From Octopus bimaculoides (Eukaryota), in the NCBI RefSeq assembly GCF_001194135.2, contig NC_068982.1, positions 155,463,442 to 155,527,441 on the forward strand: a DNA stretch of 64,000 nucleotides, written 5' to 3'. Shown in pieces: positions 1 through 13,413 of this stretch. A model generated the notes under the pieces. It saw only the letters and a program-made list of their open reading frames with translations. It was not told the origin of the DNA and ran no database searches. The translations under genes and the position numbers were made by a program. The number at the start of each line of letters is the position of its first letter. Positions within the stretch are counted from its first letter, which is position 1.

Positions 1-1739
1 CGTTTTATCTACATGTCTAGCGTGGTTGTTTTCTAACCTCAGATTGGTCCGAATCAGACATTCCTGTAATAAAAAGCGTTCCAACCAGTCTTTTTCTGTA
101 AGACTACACTATCCAATGTATCCTTTTTTTTTTTTTTTTTAAAGATCATAGTACGGGAGTATTATTTGCTAGAGAGTTCTCTGCTGTTTTTAGCCGGTCT
201 AGCAACGACGTAGCTGTTTGCTTTTATAGTGTGATTCTATTGTGAGGTGTTTTTAATGAGCTTTGTGTATTTTGTGTTGCCTTCAATAATAAAAAAAACA
301 TTATGTGGCTGTTAGAGTTAGTTACTTAGAGCTAGTACCAATTTATATGCACCTATATCTCCATATGTTATCGACCAACCTGTTTTTTTATGATTTAGTC
401 GGAAAAGGAAAGACAACACCCATTAACTTTTTGGGGGTAACGACGGGTTTCCAAAACTGGTGTGAGGAAAGGGAGGAATTCTTGCAACAGAAGAGATACC
501 ACAAATACATAACAGCTAAAGGAAGGTGTTAAATTGGATGACAGATTAAGTATATCATCCATGATTACTGCTCATAAGATATATCTATATCTATATGTAA
601 CATTATCGTTTAACGTCTGCCTTCTATGCAGGCATGTGTTGGACGGTTTGACAGGAGTGGGCCAGGTAGAAGACTACCCCGGGTATTGTGTCTGTTTTAG
701 CAAGGTTTTTACAGCTGGATGTCCTTCTAAATGCCAACCACTTTACAGTGTGGACTGGATGCTTTTTACATGGCACCAGAACCGGCAGGGTCACCAAGTA
801 ACTTGCAAGACAAGGAATTTTGAGAGGGGAGAGGGGATCTTATGTCAGATGATGAAAGGTTATAGTGTGACAGAGAGGCAGAAACAGGCGTCTTGCTATA
901 GAGGAGGGGGCATTGAAGGAGGTGAAAATTTGGTAAAATATTTTGTATTTATATTATTATCTATAGCAGTATTTTCCCAATTTATTATGCCCAGCTCCCT
1001 AAAATATACATCTTTGCACATTTAATCCCTATCAGCAATACTAGTAATTGTTATAATAATGACTTTTAAATTAGTCTGTTAAAATGAGTTGACATGATTT
1101 AGTTTTCATTCACTGACACTCTGCAAATATGATTCTAGAGTATCTGCTTCCTTCATTTACTCAGTTTCCTGTGACCAAGATTCAATAACATCGATCTAGG
1201 TTATTTTTTAATTGATCTCAAAAATAACTATTTTTAAGTAACTGGTATTGTATTTATCAGTCTAAATTTTGGCCTGGCATGTCAAAATTTTAATTTCTTT
1301 AATAATCCAGTTATTGGAGTGTTATATGTTTGAATGTATTTTGTTTTTAGGTAAGTGCTGAGAGATAATCTTTCTATAACATGATAGAGCAAGGAAATTC
1401 TTTTCCAAAGTCCATCATGTTTCACCTAAACACCAGCTGTATATATGTTTTGCCATAACCAATCTAGTAACATTTTAAATCATGAAGAACATGTAGCTAG
1501 AATCTTTCAAAATTGCTACAAATGCCAAACCTCTACATGATTGAGGATCCCTTCTAATTCACATCCTCAATATAGCAAAAACATCACAAGGTATTTTCTG
1601 GCCCTCAAGAAGGCAGCCAGAAAATACTTTAGCTCCTCACTATTACTAAACCTTGACAGAGTTCATGTGAGACCCACAATACAATAAATACTACTCTCAC
1701 ATTTAAAATGGTGCTGCTACTACAAATACATACATCCTA

Positions 1740-2060
1740 TATAACACTCAGAAAATGCTATCCAGCTGATTGCATGCAGTCACTTTCCAGCACATTCCAA
1801 CCTCAGGCCCACAGGTGTTCAGTCTCTTCATTCTGCTCTTTCTACCACTACTACAATGGTTTCTGCTTCTTAGAGCTTGCTGATCTTATGCCCTCTCCAT
1901 CCATTTACTCCAGTCTCACCTCACTTGTCACCTATATTGTATCTTGGTCTCTTGTATTAACCACTACACCTCGTCCTTCCTGCAACTGTTCAAAGTGAAC
2001 ATCAACCACAGGCTTCAGAGGACCTACAAATGTCAATGGCACAACTCCTTTCTCCTGACC
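1740..2060 (+). mobile_element. CR1/L2-type LINE ORF2 C-terminal remnant
   Basis: QPQAHRCSVSSFCSFYHYYNGFCFLELADLMPSP resembles the CR1-group 'LQPLSHRRDVASLSLFYRYY.G.CSSELA.L.P' motif. Confidence 0.7.
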
Positions 2061-3779
2061 AATCCATAAAAAAACAAATTAAGAATAATATCATACATCA
2101 TCTTCATTCTTGTCAACCAAGCAGAATATGTTTTGCATAGACTTAAAAAAAGAGATATCTGTTGCTTTCACCAGTTGATCCACCAGTCTTTAAAGCAAGT
2201 CTGTATTATCCCTTAACTTTAATCAACTGATCTTAATAGAGTTATTTCTTTTTCTAGTTGGTTCTTAGATTTTAAAAACTCCTAGAGGTTTTTTTTCTTT
2301 TTCTGTTGATTGTGTGGACAATCTCAGTTTATTGATGTTTTTCAACTCATTATATTACATATATAAGACTCTTTTGTATTTATCAGATCTTTAAATCAGT
2401 TATTGTATGAATTTAGCAAACTACACATTTTATAGATCAAGATTTCAAATACAGAAACCATCAATATCTCAACTGCTAAGAAAGATGGAGCTTCTTTGTC
2501 AGAACTCTTCAAAGTTTGAAACTGTCAGTGTATGCTGTGTAGAAGTGAATTATTTTGAATGGTTCTAAAATTTACCAAGTGAATTTAACAGTTCCATTTG
2601 TTAAAATCAGTTCATTACACTTTACTTTTACCCTTTCTTGTTACATGTTCAGTGTGTGTATGTGTGTGTGCCTACTCATGTAAACACTACTAACTTCCTT
2701 TGTTATATGAATTATCTATATGACAACTCCATTGCTGGTGAATCTTTGTTCAAATGGTTGCTTTTTTAGAAATTTATTGCTCATTAAAGCAGCAAGAACT
2801 TGCATTATACAGAATCATAAAGATTTTTAAAAAATACTTTTATTAATTCTAAATCAGAAAATGATGTAATTAAACAGTGACAGAATTGGCACAAACAGTA
2901 GAGATCTACAGCTTTAAGTCTAATCTCTATTGCCATAATTGTTTTGTAATGCACATCCTATGGTGGTGGGGTGGTGGTGGATTTAGAATCAATAAAATAG
3001 GTACTTTTAATATAACACTGTAGATATGTTAGGATTTATATACACACACACACCCTCCCTTCCTCCAGTACAGGTGTAAGTATTCAGTTTAATAATATTT
3101 TTATGTTAAGAAGTTAATTAAATGTTTTAAATTTACTGTCTTGTAGGTGACCAAATTCTTGAGGGTAATCACTTTTTGGCTGGATGCTCAATAACTGGTA
3201 TTTCATTATCAGCAACTATCTTCTGTCCTCTGCAGAAGCATTGCAATCTCAGTGGTCCAGATCACTTAGATTTTAATGAGTACTCTAGGGATGTTACAAT
3301 ACATTGCCTTATGTGGCAAGGATCACAAATTGATTAGCAGTTTGCAAACTGGCAATATTGATTTGAAATCTTAATTATTTCTTGCCCAAGATCCCAGCCA
3401 TCTCAATATCATATACTAAAGGTGTTCCTTCTTAAAGTTGTACAGGAAAACAAACTGACTACTGTGGTTCACTATTTTGAATAGAATAAATAAAATATAT
3501 TTTGTATCGAGCTAAAGAGTAAAACTGTTAAAACTTGTTAATCCACTAACAACCCCACAAACCCAAAATAATACCTGTTGTACATGTAGCTTAGATTACA
3601 GAAGTCATCAGAGTCGGCAGGTATGTGTATATCAGGGGCAGTAGTGCAAGGAAGTGGATATTCTACATTGGAATGAGTCTTGGCAGTGTTATCAATATCT
3701 TCATCAACTGCTGCTGTAATGTAACTTCTGGTACTTTGGTTCTTCCTTGATTATTTTTCTTTGAATAAAATAAACATAG

Positions 3780-4150
3780 TTTCTTATTGTATTATAAAAT
3801 CTCTTTGCTCCAGTCCTGCAATCAAATCACTCATCCTCTGGATTCATTTATCTGTAGAAATTCTTCCACTTTCTTCCTGAGCATCATCTTATCTTCCTTC
3901 ATCTTGCCGAGCCATTTCCACAATTTCTTCTTCAGGTAGTTGATAAACAAGTTCATCATTATCAATGTTCATCCTTTCCTCAACATTTTCTTCTGTAATC
4001 TCTGGTTATTTATTGCAAGGCACATTAGTCACACTTCTGGAACACTCATCCAAATTAGAGATCAATTTCTTTTCATTAGAATTCTAAACTTAGTGAAGCC
4101 AAGTTCATCACCAATTATGGTCATGACACATTATGCTTAGTCACAATAAG
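3780..4150 (-). mobile_element. pogo/Tigger-like transposase C-terminal remnant
   Basis: Minus strand reads EITEENVEERMNIDNDELVYQLPEEEIVEMARQ...ISTDK*IQRMSDLIAGLEQRDFI, with stops. Confidence 0.55.
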
Positions 4151-6789
4151 TGCCGGCCGCTTTGTATTGTATTTTTCTTGACTTTATTCTAGGCAGAAGC
4201 AAGTGACCATACCACATCCTTTAAATTAAATCTCTTCACGAAATCTCCAGGAAACTTCCCAAGTATGGAAGTTGATGTTATTGACTAACCCCCTACCCTC
4301 AAAATTGTTGGCCTTGTGCCTAAATTAGAGACAATTATTATTAATCACTGAGGCATCAGACAAAATACCTTGCAGTATTTATCAACTGAAGCCTTACATT
4401 TCTTTAGGGATAATAAAGTAAAGGATCAACCAAGTACTGTAGTTGATTGAATTGACTATGCTCCTTGTGCCTAGTTTAGAAACATTATTAATTATTATCT
4501 CTTCCTCAAATCCAATATTTTACTGTCTGTTGCTATTTCTTCAAATAACTGACTATGCTGATATCTGAAAAAAATATAAAAAAAGTTACTGTCACTCTGG
4601 TTAATTAGCTTGATATGGGAATTTGATATCTGAGTGGTGTTGCTAATCTTATAAATCTGTGTAGTTATCATGGTGTTGGCAGCTTGCTCTTCAAAATCCA
4701 CAGCAAACATTTGATAGATAGGCCTCAGTTCATTTATCTTTCAGGATTAACAGATTGACTGGTAAAGTTAGTCTTTGAGCAGATCTATAATCAGAGGCAT
4801 TCCAGCCATGATCATCTGAAGTTCGTTTTTTTTTTTTTTTTTTAGTGTATCTAAGGCTGTATTGCTCAATATGTCCATTCCTTTCTTTAAGATGATAGTA
4901 TGAGATTTGAGGAAAATTTGACTTCTGTTTCTAGTAGATTAAGCTTCCTTGTTAGTGCTTTGTGGCTTGCAGAGTCTACTTCTCCATTCATTCCTTCATG
5001 TTTACTTATATTTATCTATTTTATATCACATATTTGGTAAACTAACATTGTTGTTCAGAGGTTTCCACTTAATCAGTTATGGGGTCACTGCATTTCTGAC
5101 TTGTTTGCTTTATAACACACTTCAGTCGTGCATCAGCTTTTCACATTCATATACCCCTATCACATTTGGTCTTTAATATTCCTGACTAAATTTACACGTC
5201 ATTGTTATCAAGCATAACAAGTTGTTGTCTGTGCAACTTGGGTGGCACAAATACCAAAGTGGTTATTTTTATTTGAAAACAAAAGTTTTTCAAGTTTTTT
5301 GTTTACATCTTTTACTAATGTTCCATGGAAGATATACATATGTGTGTGTATTTATATACACACGCACAGAGTCGTTAGCATGCGGGGCAAAATACTTAGC
5401 GGCATTCGTCCATCTTTATGTTCTGAGTTGAAATCCCACCAAGGTTGACTTTGCCTTTCATCCTTTTGGGGGTCGATAAATTAATTACCAGTTGAACACT
5501 GGGGTCGATGTAATCAACGCATCCCCTCCCTCCAAATTGCTGTCCTTGTGGCAAAATTTGAAGCCATTATTATTATTATTCTTTTATTTGTTTGTCATTG
5601 GACTTCAAGCATACTGGGGCACTGCCTTCAGGAGTATTTTCTTTTCATCACTTGAATTGACCCCAGGTTTTATTTTTAACTCTGGACTTCTGCCTCTTTT
5701 TGCTAGATACTAAGTTATTGAGATGTAAACAAACCTACACTGGCTATCAAGCAGTGGTAGATAAACACTAACATACACATACAACAACTACACTATTTCC
5801 CAAGGCTATAGTACTTGCTCAAGATGCTGCACAAAAGGATTGAACCCAAAATCACATGGTTGTGAAGCAAACTTCTTAACCACACTTCCTGTTTACCAAA
5901 TTCTGTTTTCCAGGTTTCAATCAAACTAATGCTATCATAGAAGACAGTTACCTAAGTTTGCCATGCAATGGCATCAAAACCAGAACCAGGTGGTTGCAAA
6001 ATGAACTTCTTAACCATACAGACATGCCTGCTCCAGCATTGTCTGCAATTAACATTGCTTTTTAATAGAAGTGATACCAATTCTGGAAAAGTTCACCTAA
6101 TGATATGCTTCATATGGTCACTGTTATTCCAGGCTATGTCTTTGTAGGTTTGCAATTATTGTCTTAAAATCAAAGTTTCAGTTAGTCACGAGTCATAGAA
6201 AATTCCAACTTGATAGAATTGATCCTCCTCAAAACAGCATCTGTAGTCACATAGGAGTATAGCAGTCAAATGGTGTCTATCGTATTAATATGTAATTATG
6301 GCTGAGTGGTTAGAGAAAGTTTAGTTTTCAATCATAAGGATCCAGGTTCAATTTCACTGTGTGGCGTTTTGGTCAGCCCACTCCTTGAGAGTGAAATTGG
6401 GTTGATGTAAACAGTGTGGCAACCTTTTAGATTGATTGTTATCTTGAATTCAAAAGTCCAGCCATGTCATATTGACTTTACCTAAGAGTTATGTTAAGGG
6501 AACATGTATGTCTGTATGTGGAATATTCAAGTCACATGTTAATTTAACAAGTTGATCAAACCACTGAATGCTCAAGAGTGTGTTAATAATAGTGAGTCAG
6601 CCAGCTACCATGGATGTTGTTGACCTTTTGAATACTCTTTCTTATGCTACTAACCTATCTGACTACTTTACATGCAGGATGTCATTTCTATTTAATATTA
6701 TATTTTCTATATATCTGACAAACCAATCTTTGCAACAGATACAGATTGAATGTCATAACTGCATAGTGTACTACTTATTTGCAGCAATC

Positions 6790-7060
6790 CAACATTCTGA
6801 AATCAATCGCTGCCCATAACAGAAGAGAGGAAGAGAAACAAATACGGGAGCCCAACTGATTGCTATCAGTTTGTGCCAGTTACTGTTGCGACATCAGGTG
6901 TTCTCAGACACTGCACTACAGATTTCCTTTGCAAAATTGGGATAATAGTGGCCTGTCTGAGAAAAGAGCCCCATGAGGTAGGGTGGCTGTTGCAGCAAGG
7001 GTCACTGACCATTCTCTGCAGCAACCCTTTTGCAATCATGTCTGCAAGGCACAGCTGAAC
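6790..7060 (+). mobile_element. CRE-clade (restriction-like endonuclease) non-LTR retrotransposon 3' remnant
   Basis: KRNKY...VPVTVATSGVLRHCTTDFLCKIG...KEPHEVGWLLQQGSLTILCSNPFAIMS resembles the CRE 'F.P.AVET.G.LG...REA.FL.QR.S.AI.RGNA..I' end. Confidence 0.65.
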
Positions 7061-9530
7061 ATGTCATTTGGCCTGCAGTATACAACCTGCTACTTCCCCA
7101 CCATCTTCTGCTGTTTAATTCCCACCTTCCTTTTTCTTCTTTTACACTGTTTCTTTGGTGAGGTGTTTCAGATGGGCAGGTGGGGTTGGGGTCCTCAATA
7201 ATTTGATCTTTTATACTTTTAATGTTTTTACATGTTGCTAAATAAAAGTTTGCTCACTTAGAATGAACTCTCTGAATCTTTTTCACTAAAATTTATCTTT
7301 CCTTCTATCATTCATACACACACACGCACACGTTCCTAATGAAACCCCAGCTTTTAATGAGATTTATTTAAGTGGGTTGCTAAAAGTTACAAATTACTGG
7401 CCCACCAATCAGTGAATTCATACTCTATTCCAGTTAAAATATTGTTCTTGCTTATCCTTGGGTAAGCCCTGATCAAGCGGAATTATGATCAATCATGGCT
7501 ACTCTGTCTTTGTACATCAGGAACTGCATACTTTATCCAATGTATTCCTTTTTAAGATAAGGTGTGATTTAAGGGAGATTTGACTACTGTTTCTAGTCTA
7601 CTAAGCTATAGTATAGTGCAGGGGGTGTTAAACTAATTTGGCTTTTAATCATTCATATCACTAGAATTCATTTAGATGAACATGCATGTAAATTTGTAAA
7701 AAAACAAAAAAAACTTCTGTTTAGCTTCATCATCATCGTCTGCTTTCCATGCTGGCATGGGTTGGACGGTCTGACTGAGGGCTGGCAAGCCAGAAGGCTG
7801 CACCAGGCTCCAATCTGATCTTGCAAAGTTTCTACAGCTGGTTGCCCTTCCTGACGCCAACCATCCCAAGAGTGTAGTGGGTGCTTTTACGTGCCACATG
7901 CACAGGATCCAGTCCAGCAGCACTGGCAACAATCACGCTCAAATGGTGTTTTTTACATGCCACTAGGACAGGAGCCAGTCAGGCGATGCTGGCAATAATC
8001 ATGCTCGAATGGTGCTTTTTAGGTGCCAGTCAGCGGCCCTGGCAAATGGGTCACATCTTTTGGTGTATGTATTTATAAGTTTCTCTTTCAATAATTGAGA
8101 TAACAAAGAAATTTGTTAGTCCTTTCCCTGTTGTAGGGCATATTTCCCTGGTGTCTTTGCATCATGTATGATACACATTTGTAATTATTTTCAACCACCA
8201 GGGTAACTTGGGAGTTAGGAAAGTTTTATGTTACTCAAAACATGATACAAAGGCTAATTAAAAGTCTGAAAAAAAAGACATGGATGCTTAGGAAATGTTT
8301 TAGACAGGCAAAGGGTTGAAGGAGACTGATTTAACTAGTTGGTAAAAAGCTAGTTGGTAAAAATTGTTACTTGGTGTAAATTTTACCTGTCAGTTGAGCT
8401 GGTATATTTATGAATTACTGAAGGAAGTGGACAATATTCTGAGGTAATGTAAACATTGGCTGTTAGCTTTACAACTATGTTTTCTGCCATGAACTTGGGT
8501 CAGCCAAAACCTTGTGAATGAAATGGAGTAGATGGAAACTGTGTAGGATCCTATCAGAGAACTGCTCTTCTTACTGGGTGATATACATAATCTGTTGCAC
8601 AGATTAACACCATACCTTTAGTGGGGCCCATTCTGAGGTTAACATCTAGGTTGTCTTCAATCTGAAGATAGCTTCTTGCTTTCTATTTCCTCCTCTGATA
8701 AAGCCATTAAAAAAAATGTATGTGCATTCCAAATAATGTTGAAACATAACATTCAACTTTATGCTTTTTAAATTGCACTTATGATGATTAGTTTTTTTTT
8801 TGTTTTTTACCATAGTTGTTGTGTAGTCCCATATTGACCCTGACTGAACAGACTTACAATCAAAGACATTCTTGTTATGACCATTTCATATTATTTTCAA
8901 GTATAATACATTTAAGACTATATTATTCAAGATATTTTGGGTTTTTTAAATTGTTTTGAGGCAGAAAGTTGTGATTTGAGAGAGATTTGCTCACAATTTT
9001 TAAGAGATTGAGTGACTATATTAAGGCTCTTTTGTTGATTCAACTGTTTTGCTTTCTTTTTGTTGCTAATGTTATTGAAAAAGGTTACACTTATTCATTT
9101 CCAATAAATCTTTAAATCTTGGGTCCTGTGTTTATATAAGAAGCCATAGTTTTAATGTATTGAGAGACAATAATGGAGATAAACTCTCCATCAAATATAT
9201 TGTTACTTCACATTCTTAGAAACTGGGATATTGATTTCTAATACACTTAATAATTTGAGATACTTTTGATAAATATTTTGTAAAATAGTTGTTTACTAAG
9301 AAACATCATTGCAGACATAAAACAGAATATGATGACCCAGTGAAGGAACCTCTGTGTCATCACTTAATCTGCCAGAGACAGCAGCCTAATCTCCCTAAAG
9401 TTATACTGTGCCATCTTAAAAATGGGTAGACTGGATAATGGTAGTCTAAAATATGAAATGTGCAAACAAAGGATGGGATAGTGATGATTGAAATACCTTT
9501 TGTTATAAGTCTATTGGGCCTGGCCTGCCA

Positions 9531-9554
9531 GGGTTAGGGTTAGGGTTAGGGTTA
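9531..9554 (+). repeat. Interstitial telomeric repeat (GGGTTA)4
   Basis: gggttagggttagggttagggtta. Confidence 0.9.
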
Positions 9555-9899
9555 ACAATGCAAAAGCAAATAAGTGTGAGAATCTCATAGAACTTCAGCT
9601 TCTATTTCCTTTATATAAATAAGTAGTTCCCAAACTTTTTCAGGCTGCCTTGGCACCCAAGCCACATTCTTAGTGGCCCCTCCCCACTACAAATATAGAC
9701 CACTTTCTCCAACAAATTCAAAGCAACTGTATTTCACAAATAATCTTAAACCTAATTAACCTATTAATTTTTTTTTTTTACATTTATCACCCCATTATCA
9801 TCCCACTTTTCTTCAATGCCTTCCCCNNNNNNNNNNCCCCAGGAGCAGTACTGCCCACTTTGAGAACCACTGAATAAATGTTGAATGTTTTGAGATAGA

Positions 9900-10140
9900 T
9901 TGTTAATTCTTTCAGAGTGGCATTTTCTGGGCTATTGACAACATTTTTAGAGTGGATATTTACATTTATACTATATTGGAACGTGTTTGATTATTGATCA
10001 TCATCAGGTGTCTTATTCCAAAATATATACATTTGGGCTTAGTACTTATTTGTACGTGCAGTGGCATTCCCTCAGGGTGGGGTGACCCAGCTCTGACCAA
10101 CAAGTTCATCACACCCTTCATAAATGCTGACCATCTGGAC
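9900..10140 (-). mobile_element. Penelope-like element 3' remnant with decayed hammerhead
   Basis: Minus strand encodes degenerate ELG..HPEGM (cf. GIY-YIG C-terminal LGTLHP.G.N), then AAGACAC-CTGATGA-TGAT/ATCA-aacacgtt. Confidence 0.45.
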
Positions 10141-11399
10141 TTAGGAACCTGAGTGAACAGCTATTAATGTATTTATCCATTTGTAGCTCAGTGGATGTTT
10201 ATAACCCTTGTTCATAATCTTCACAATTTTGAATTAATTGAAATGATGTGTAAATATATACAATCTATAGATAAGATTAATGTTTCGAAAATGATTGTTG
10301 ATAACCCTATTATGATTGATATTACCATTACCGCTATGCTTTTTTGTTCCTTATATCTTCTTCTATAACATCAGTGCTTCATATCATCATAACACATGCT
10401 TTCACAATTGTCACGTGTGTTTTGATTTCACGTATATTTTGATCTTGGCTGAAATTGTGTGGATGGGTGTAGCACAAGATGAGCAATCAGTAATCAAGCC
10501 AGCCTTAAGAATGAATCCAAGTAAGCTAGTAGGTAAAAATTGACTTGTGCCTCAGAAGAGAACATTCTTGGTGCGATCCCATGGTCATTCTTGACCAAAG
10601 GAGATTGTTACCCTTTAAATATATGTATGTGTATACATTACACACACACACAGTTTTGACATCCTTTTTTCCATGCTAGCATGAATTGGACAAATACATA
10701 TTGAGGTAGTGTTTCTACTACCAGATATCCTTTTTGCTTGTTATCTTTCCTTGTTTTCATGTCATGATTTTTTTCTATTCCGTTTGCTATAAATGGTTGT
10801 TGATTGAATGGTCTTAATTAGAATACATGCTGCCCCTTCTGAATACACACACCCTATGTATGCACATTCTTTAATTTATTTGACTGCAACCATGCTGAGT
10901 CTTCAAACAGAAGCCTTTCTGTTGATTATATTGACCTCAGTACTTGTTTGAAATCTAGCACTCATTCTATTGGTTTCTTTTTGCCAGACTGCTGAGTTAC
11001 AGGGACATAAACACAAACCAGAACCAGTTGACAAGCAGAGATACAAACACAAAAATGCACATACAAACATAAATATAATGGGCGGCCACTCAGTTTCTGT
11101 CTACCAGTTTCACGCCCAAAGTATAGGTTGGCCCAGAACTGTAGTAAGAGACACTTGCCTCCCTATTGTGCTGTGCACAGTGGGATTGAACCCAAAATGA
11201 CATGGTTGTGAAATGAACTTCTTAACCACATCTGTACCTACATGCACACACACACACGTATATACTTATACAGATACACACAGATAGTTGGAGCAAAATC
11301 AAAACTGTTCAGTAGATGTGGTAGCACAGCAAAGTTAGCAGCTTGAATTGTTGAAATAGAAACAGTAACAGTGTGTATGGAAATATTCTTATTACAACA

Positions 11400-11570
11400 T
11401 AAGTGTTATGTTTCAAAACTTTTGCTTTTTTTTCTTCTGATACTTGTTCACTGCAGTAGTCAGCATCCAACTTGGTAGCATTGTCAACAAAATCCAATAA
11501 GATTACACACCTCAAGCATTTTGAGCTTCTTTGTTGGTTTTCTTCCAGACAACTTTTACTCACAGGATGG
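11400..11570 (-). mobile_element. Mariner transposase fragment
   Basis: RCVILLDFVDNATKLDADYCSEQ resembles mariner 'GVILIDFL..G.TINADYY'. Confidence 0.5.
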
Positions 11571-12164
11571 TCTCTTAGTGTCTGGAATATAAAGGGACAA
11601 CAGAGTTTTGTCCTGTGTTAAGACTTTTGACTGAAATTATAAATAAATGAAAATAGCTGCACGATTGTGCTAAGTTTGTAATGGTACAGTAATTAATGTT
11701 TCATTCCATCAATTTACTGGTTAACCCACCTAAAACCACCCCTTGGTTCCATAAAGCAAACTCCTTTAAAATTATCTTAATTTACATCAGTCAGAATTTC
11801 ATGTTAATTTATATTACAAACACCAGCTTAATAACGACAGTTATTTTAATAACTCCTTTATTATTTTCAAAATTAATTAAAATAAAGATTTCGTAATTCA
11901 GAAATATAGTTTAAAAAAAGCATTAAAAAGGTTGAAATAGACATTGAAAATAATTTTTCTCTGATAATATTGTGAACTTTGCCAAACACTAATAGTGAAC
12001 CGCTTTGAAAGTAATCACACACCAATTTATCACTTTTCTACTTCAGTTTTTATCAAATATTCTGTAACAGTTTCCTGAATGTTTTGTTATCCAGATTTTT
12101 TCTTCAGCACTTATAGACATTCTCTCACCTTCAAATTATCCAACTCCGTATTTCACCATGTAGT

Positions 12165-12378
12165 AAGGCAGCGAGCTGGCAGAATTGTTAGCAAGCTCAG
12201 TAAAATGCTTAGCTACATTTCGTCCATCTTTACATTCTGAGTTCAAATTCTGTTGAAGTCAACTTTGCCTTTCATCCTTTCAAGGACAATAAAATACCAG
12301 TTGAGTACTGGGGTCAATATAATCGACTTACCCCTCCCCTGAAATTGCTGGCTTTGGGCCAAAATTTGAAGCCAATAT
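12165..12378 (+). mobile_element. tRNA-derived SINE (same family as 34.8 kb)
   Basis: aaggcagcgagctggcagaattgttagc...ttctgagttcaaattc...ccaaaatttgaagcc. Other copies occur at about 5.37-5.58, 30.6-30.8, 32.7, 34.3, 36.2, 42.1-42.3, 44.9-45.1, 61.55-61.77 and 63.8-64.0 kb. Confidence 0.85.
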
Positions 12379-13053
12379 TCTACAATGTAGTATATAATGA
12401 GTTGTTTATTGAAGTTGTCTAAACATCCCTCCCAATTGTTTTAGTGTCCAATATTTGCTATTGGTTTTATATATATAAATTTTAAAATAAAGCTTTTTAA
12501 TAATTTTCTATAATTGGCTATTTATGCTGTAAATGATGCCAGGATACTATTTCAATGTAGGTCAAGTACTTATTGAACCAACCACATAGATGCACACATA
12601 TACTTTACTGTCACATATGCACACACACACACACACGCATTTGTTACATATGTACACATACATACATTGATTTGACACATGCACATACAACTCCATTAGT
12701 TTTAATTGTGAATGTAGCATTTTGTGGTTTAATTTCCCACATGTTAAATTCCCATTTAATTCTACTTCTCCTTTTTCATCTCTTCACTTAAAAGACATGT
12801 TTGTAAATGAAGTCTCAAGTTACCATTACCTACATATTGTAAACAAGAGATTATCTTAGAGGATATCCGCCAGCAGATGTCAACATCAGCAACAGGCACT
12901 AATTGTAATATGAGTGTAGGTGTGTGTACAAACATTATAATTAGTAACATCAGGTTCTAACCCACCTTGTACAAGTATTTTCTAGTATAGCCTTGAGCCA
13001 ACTAATAATGCCTTGTGAATGAAAGTGGTAAACGAAAACTGTAAGGAAGATGT

Positions 13054-13413
13054 GCACCCATGCCAACCTTTCCTTCATTGGACACTAAACTCTGCTTGCG
13101 AAGACCTGTTGGGGCAAGTGAAATCGAAATCGTAATTGAACCAAATTCAATGACTTGGCACCTGTGCCAGTGGAGAACTAACAGCACCGTCCAAGCATAA
13201 TCCTTGCCAGAGCAGCTGTCTGGCTTCCGTGCCGGTGGCACGTAAAAGAACCCACTACACTCTCGGAGTGGTTGGTGTTAGGAAGGGCATCCAGCTGTAG
13301 AAACTCTGCCAGATCAGATTGGAGCCTTGTGCAGCCATCTGGTTCACCAGTACTCAGTCAAATCGTCCAACCCAAGCTAGCATGGGAAGTGGACGTTAAA
13401 CGATGATGATGAT
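13054..13413 (+). mobile_element. RTE-LINE 3'UTR fragment
   Basis: cactacactctcggagtggttgg...ggacgttaaacgatgatgatgat. Sister copies lie at 13885-14164 (+), 601-800 (-), 7728-8050 (-), 20540-20772 (+) and 42420-42592 (+). Confidence 0.85.

Noticed and set aside
534-1025. 163-aa ORF
   Set aside because: It runs through an antisense RTE 3'UTR fragment and AT-rich filler, with no coherent protein signal.
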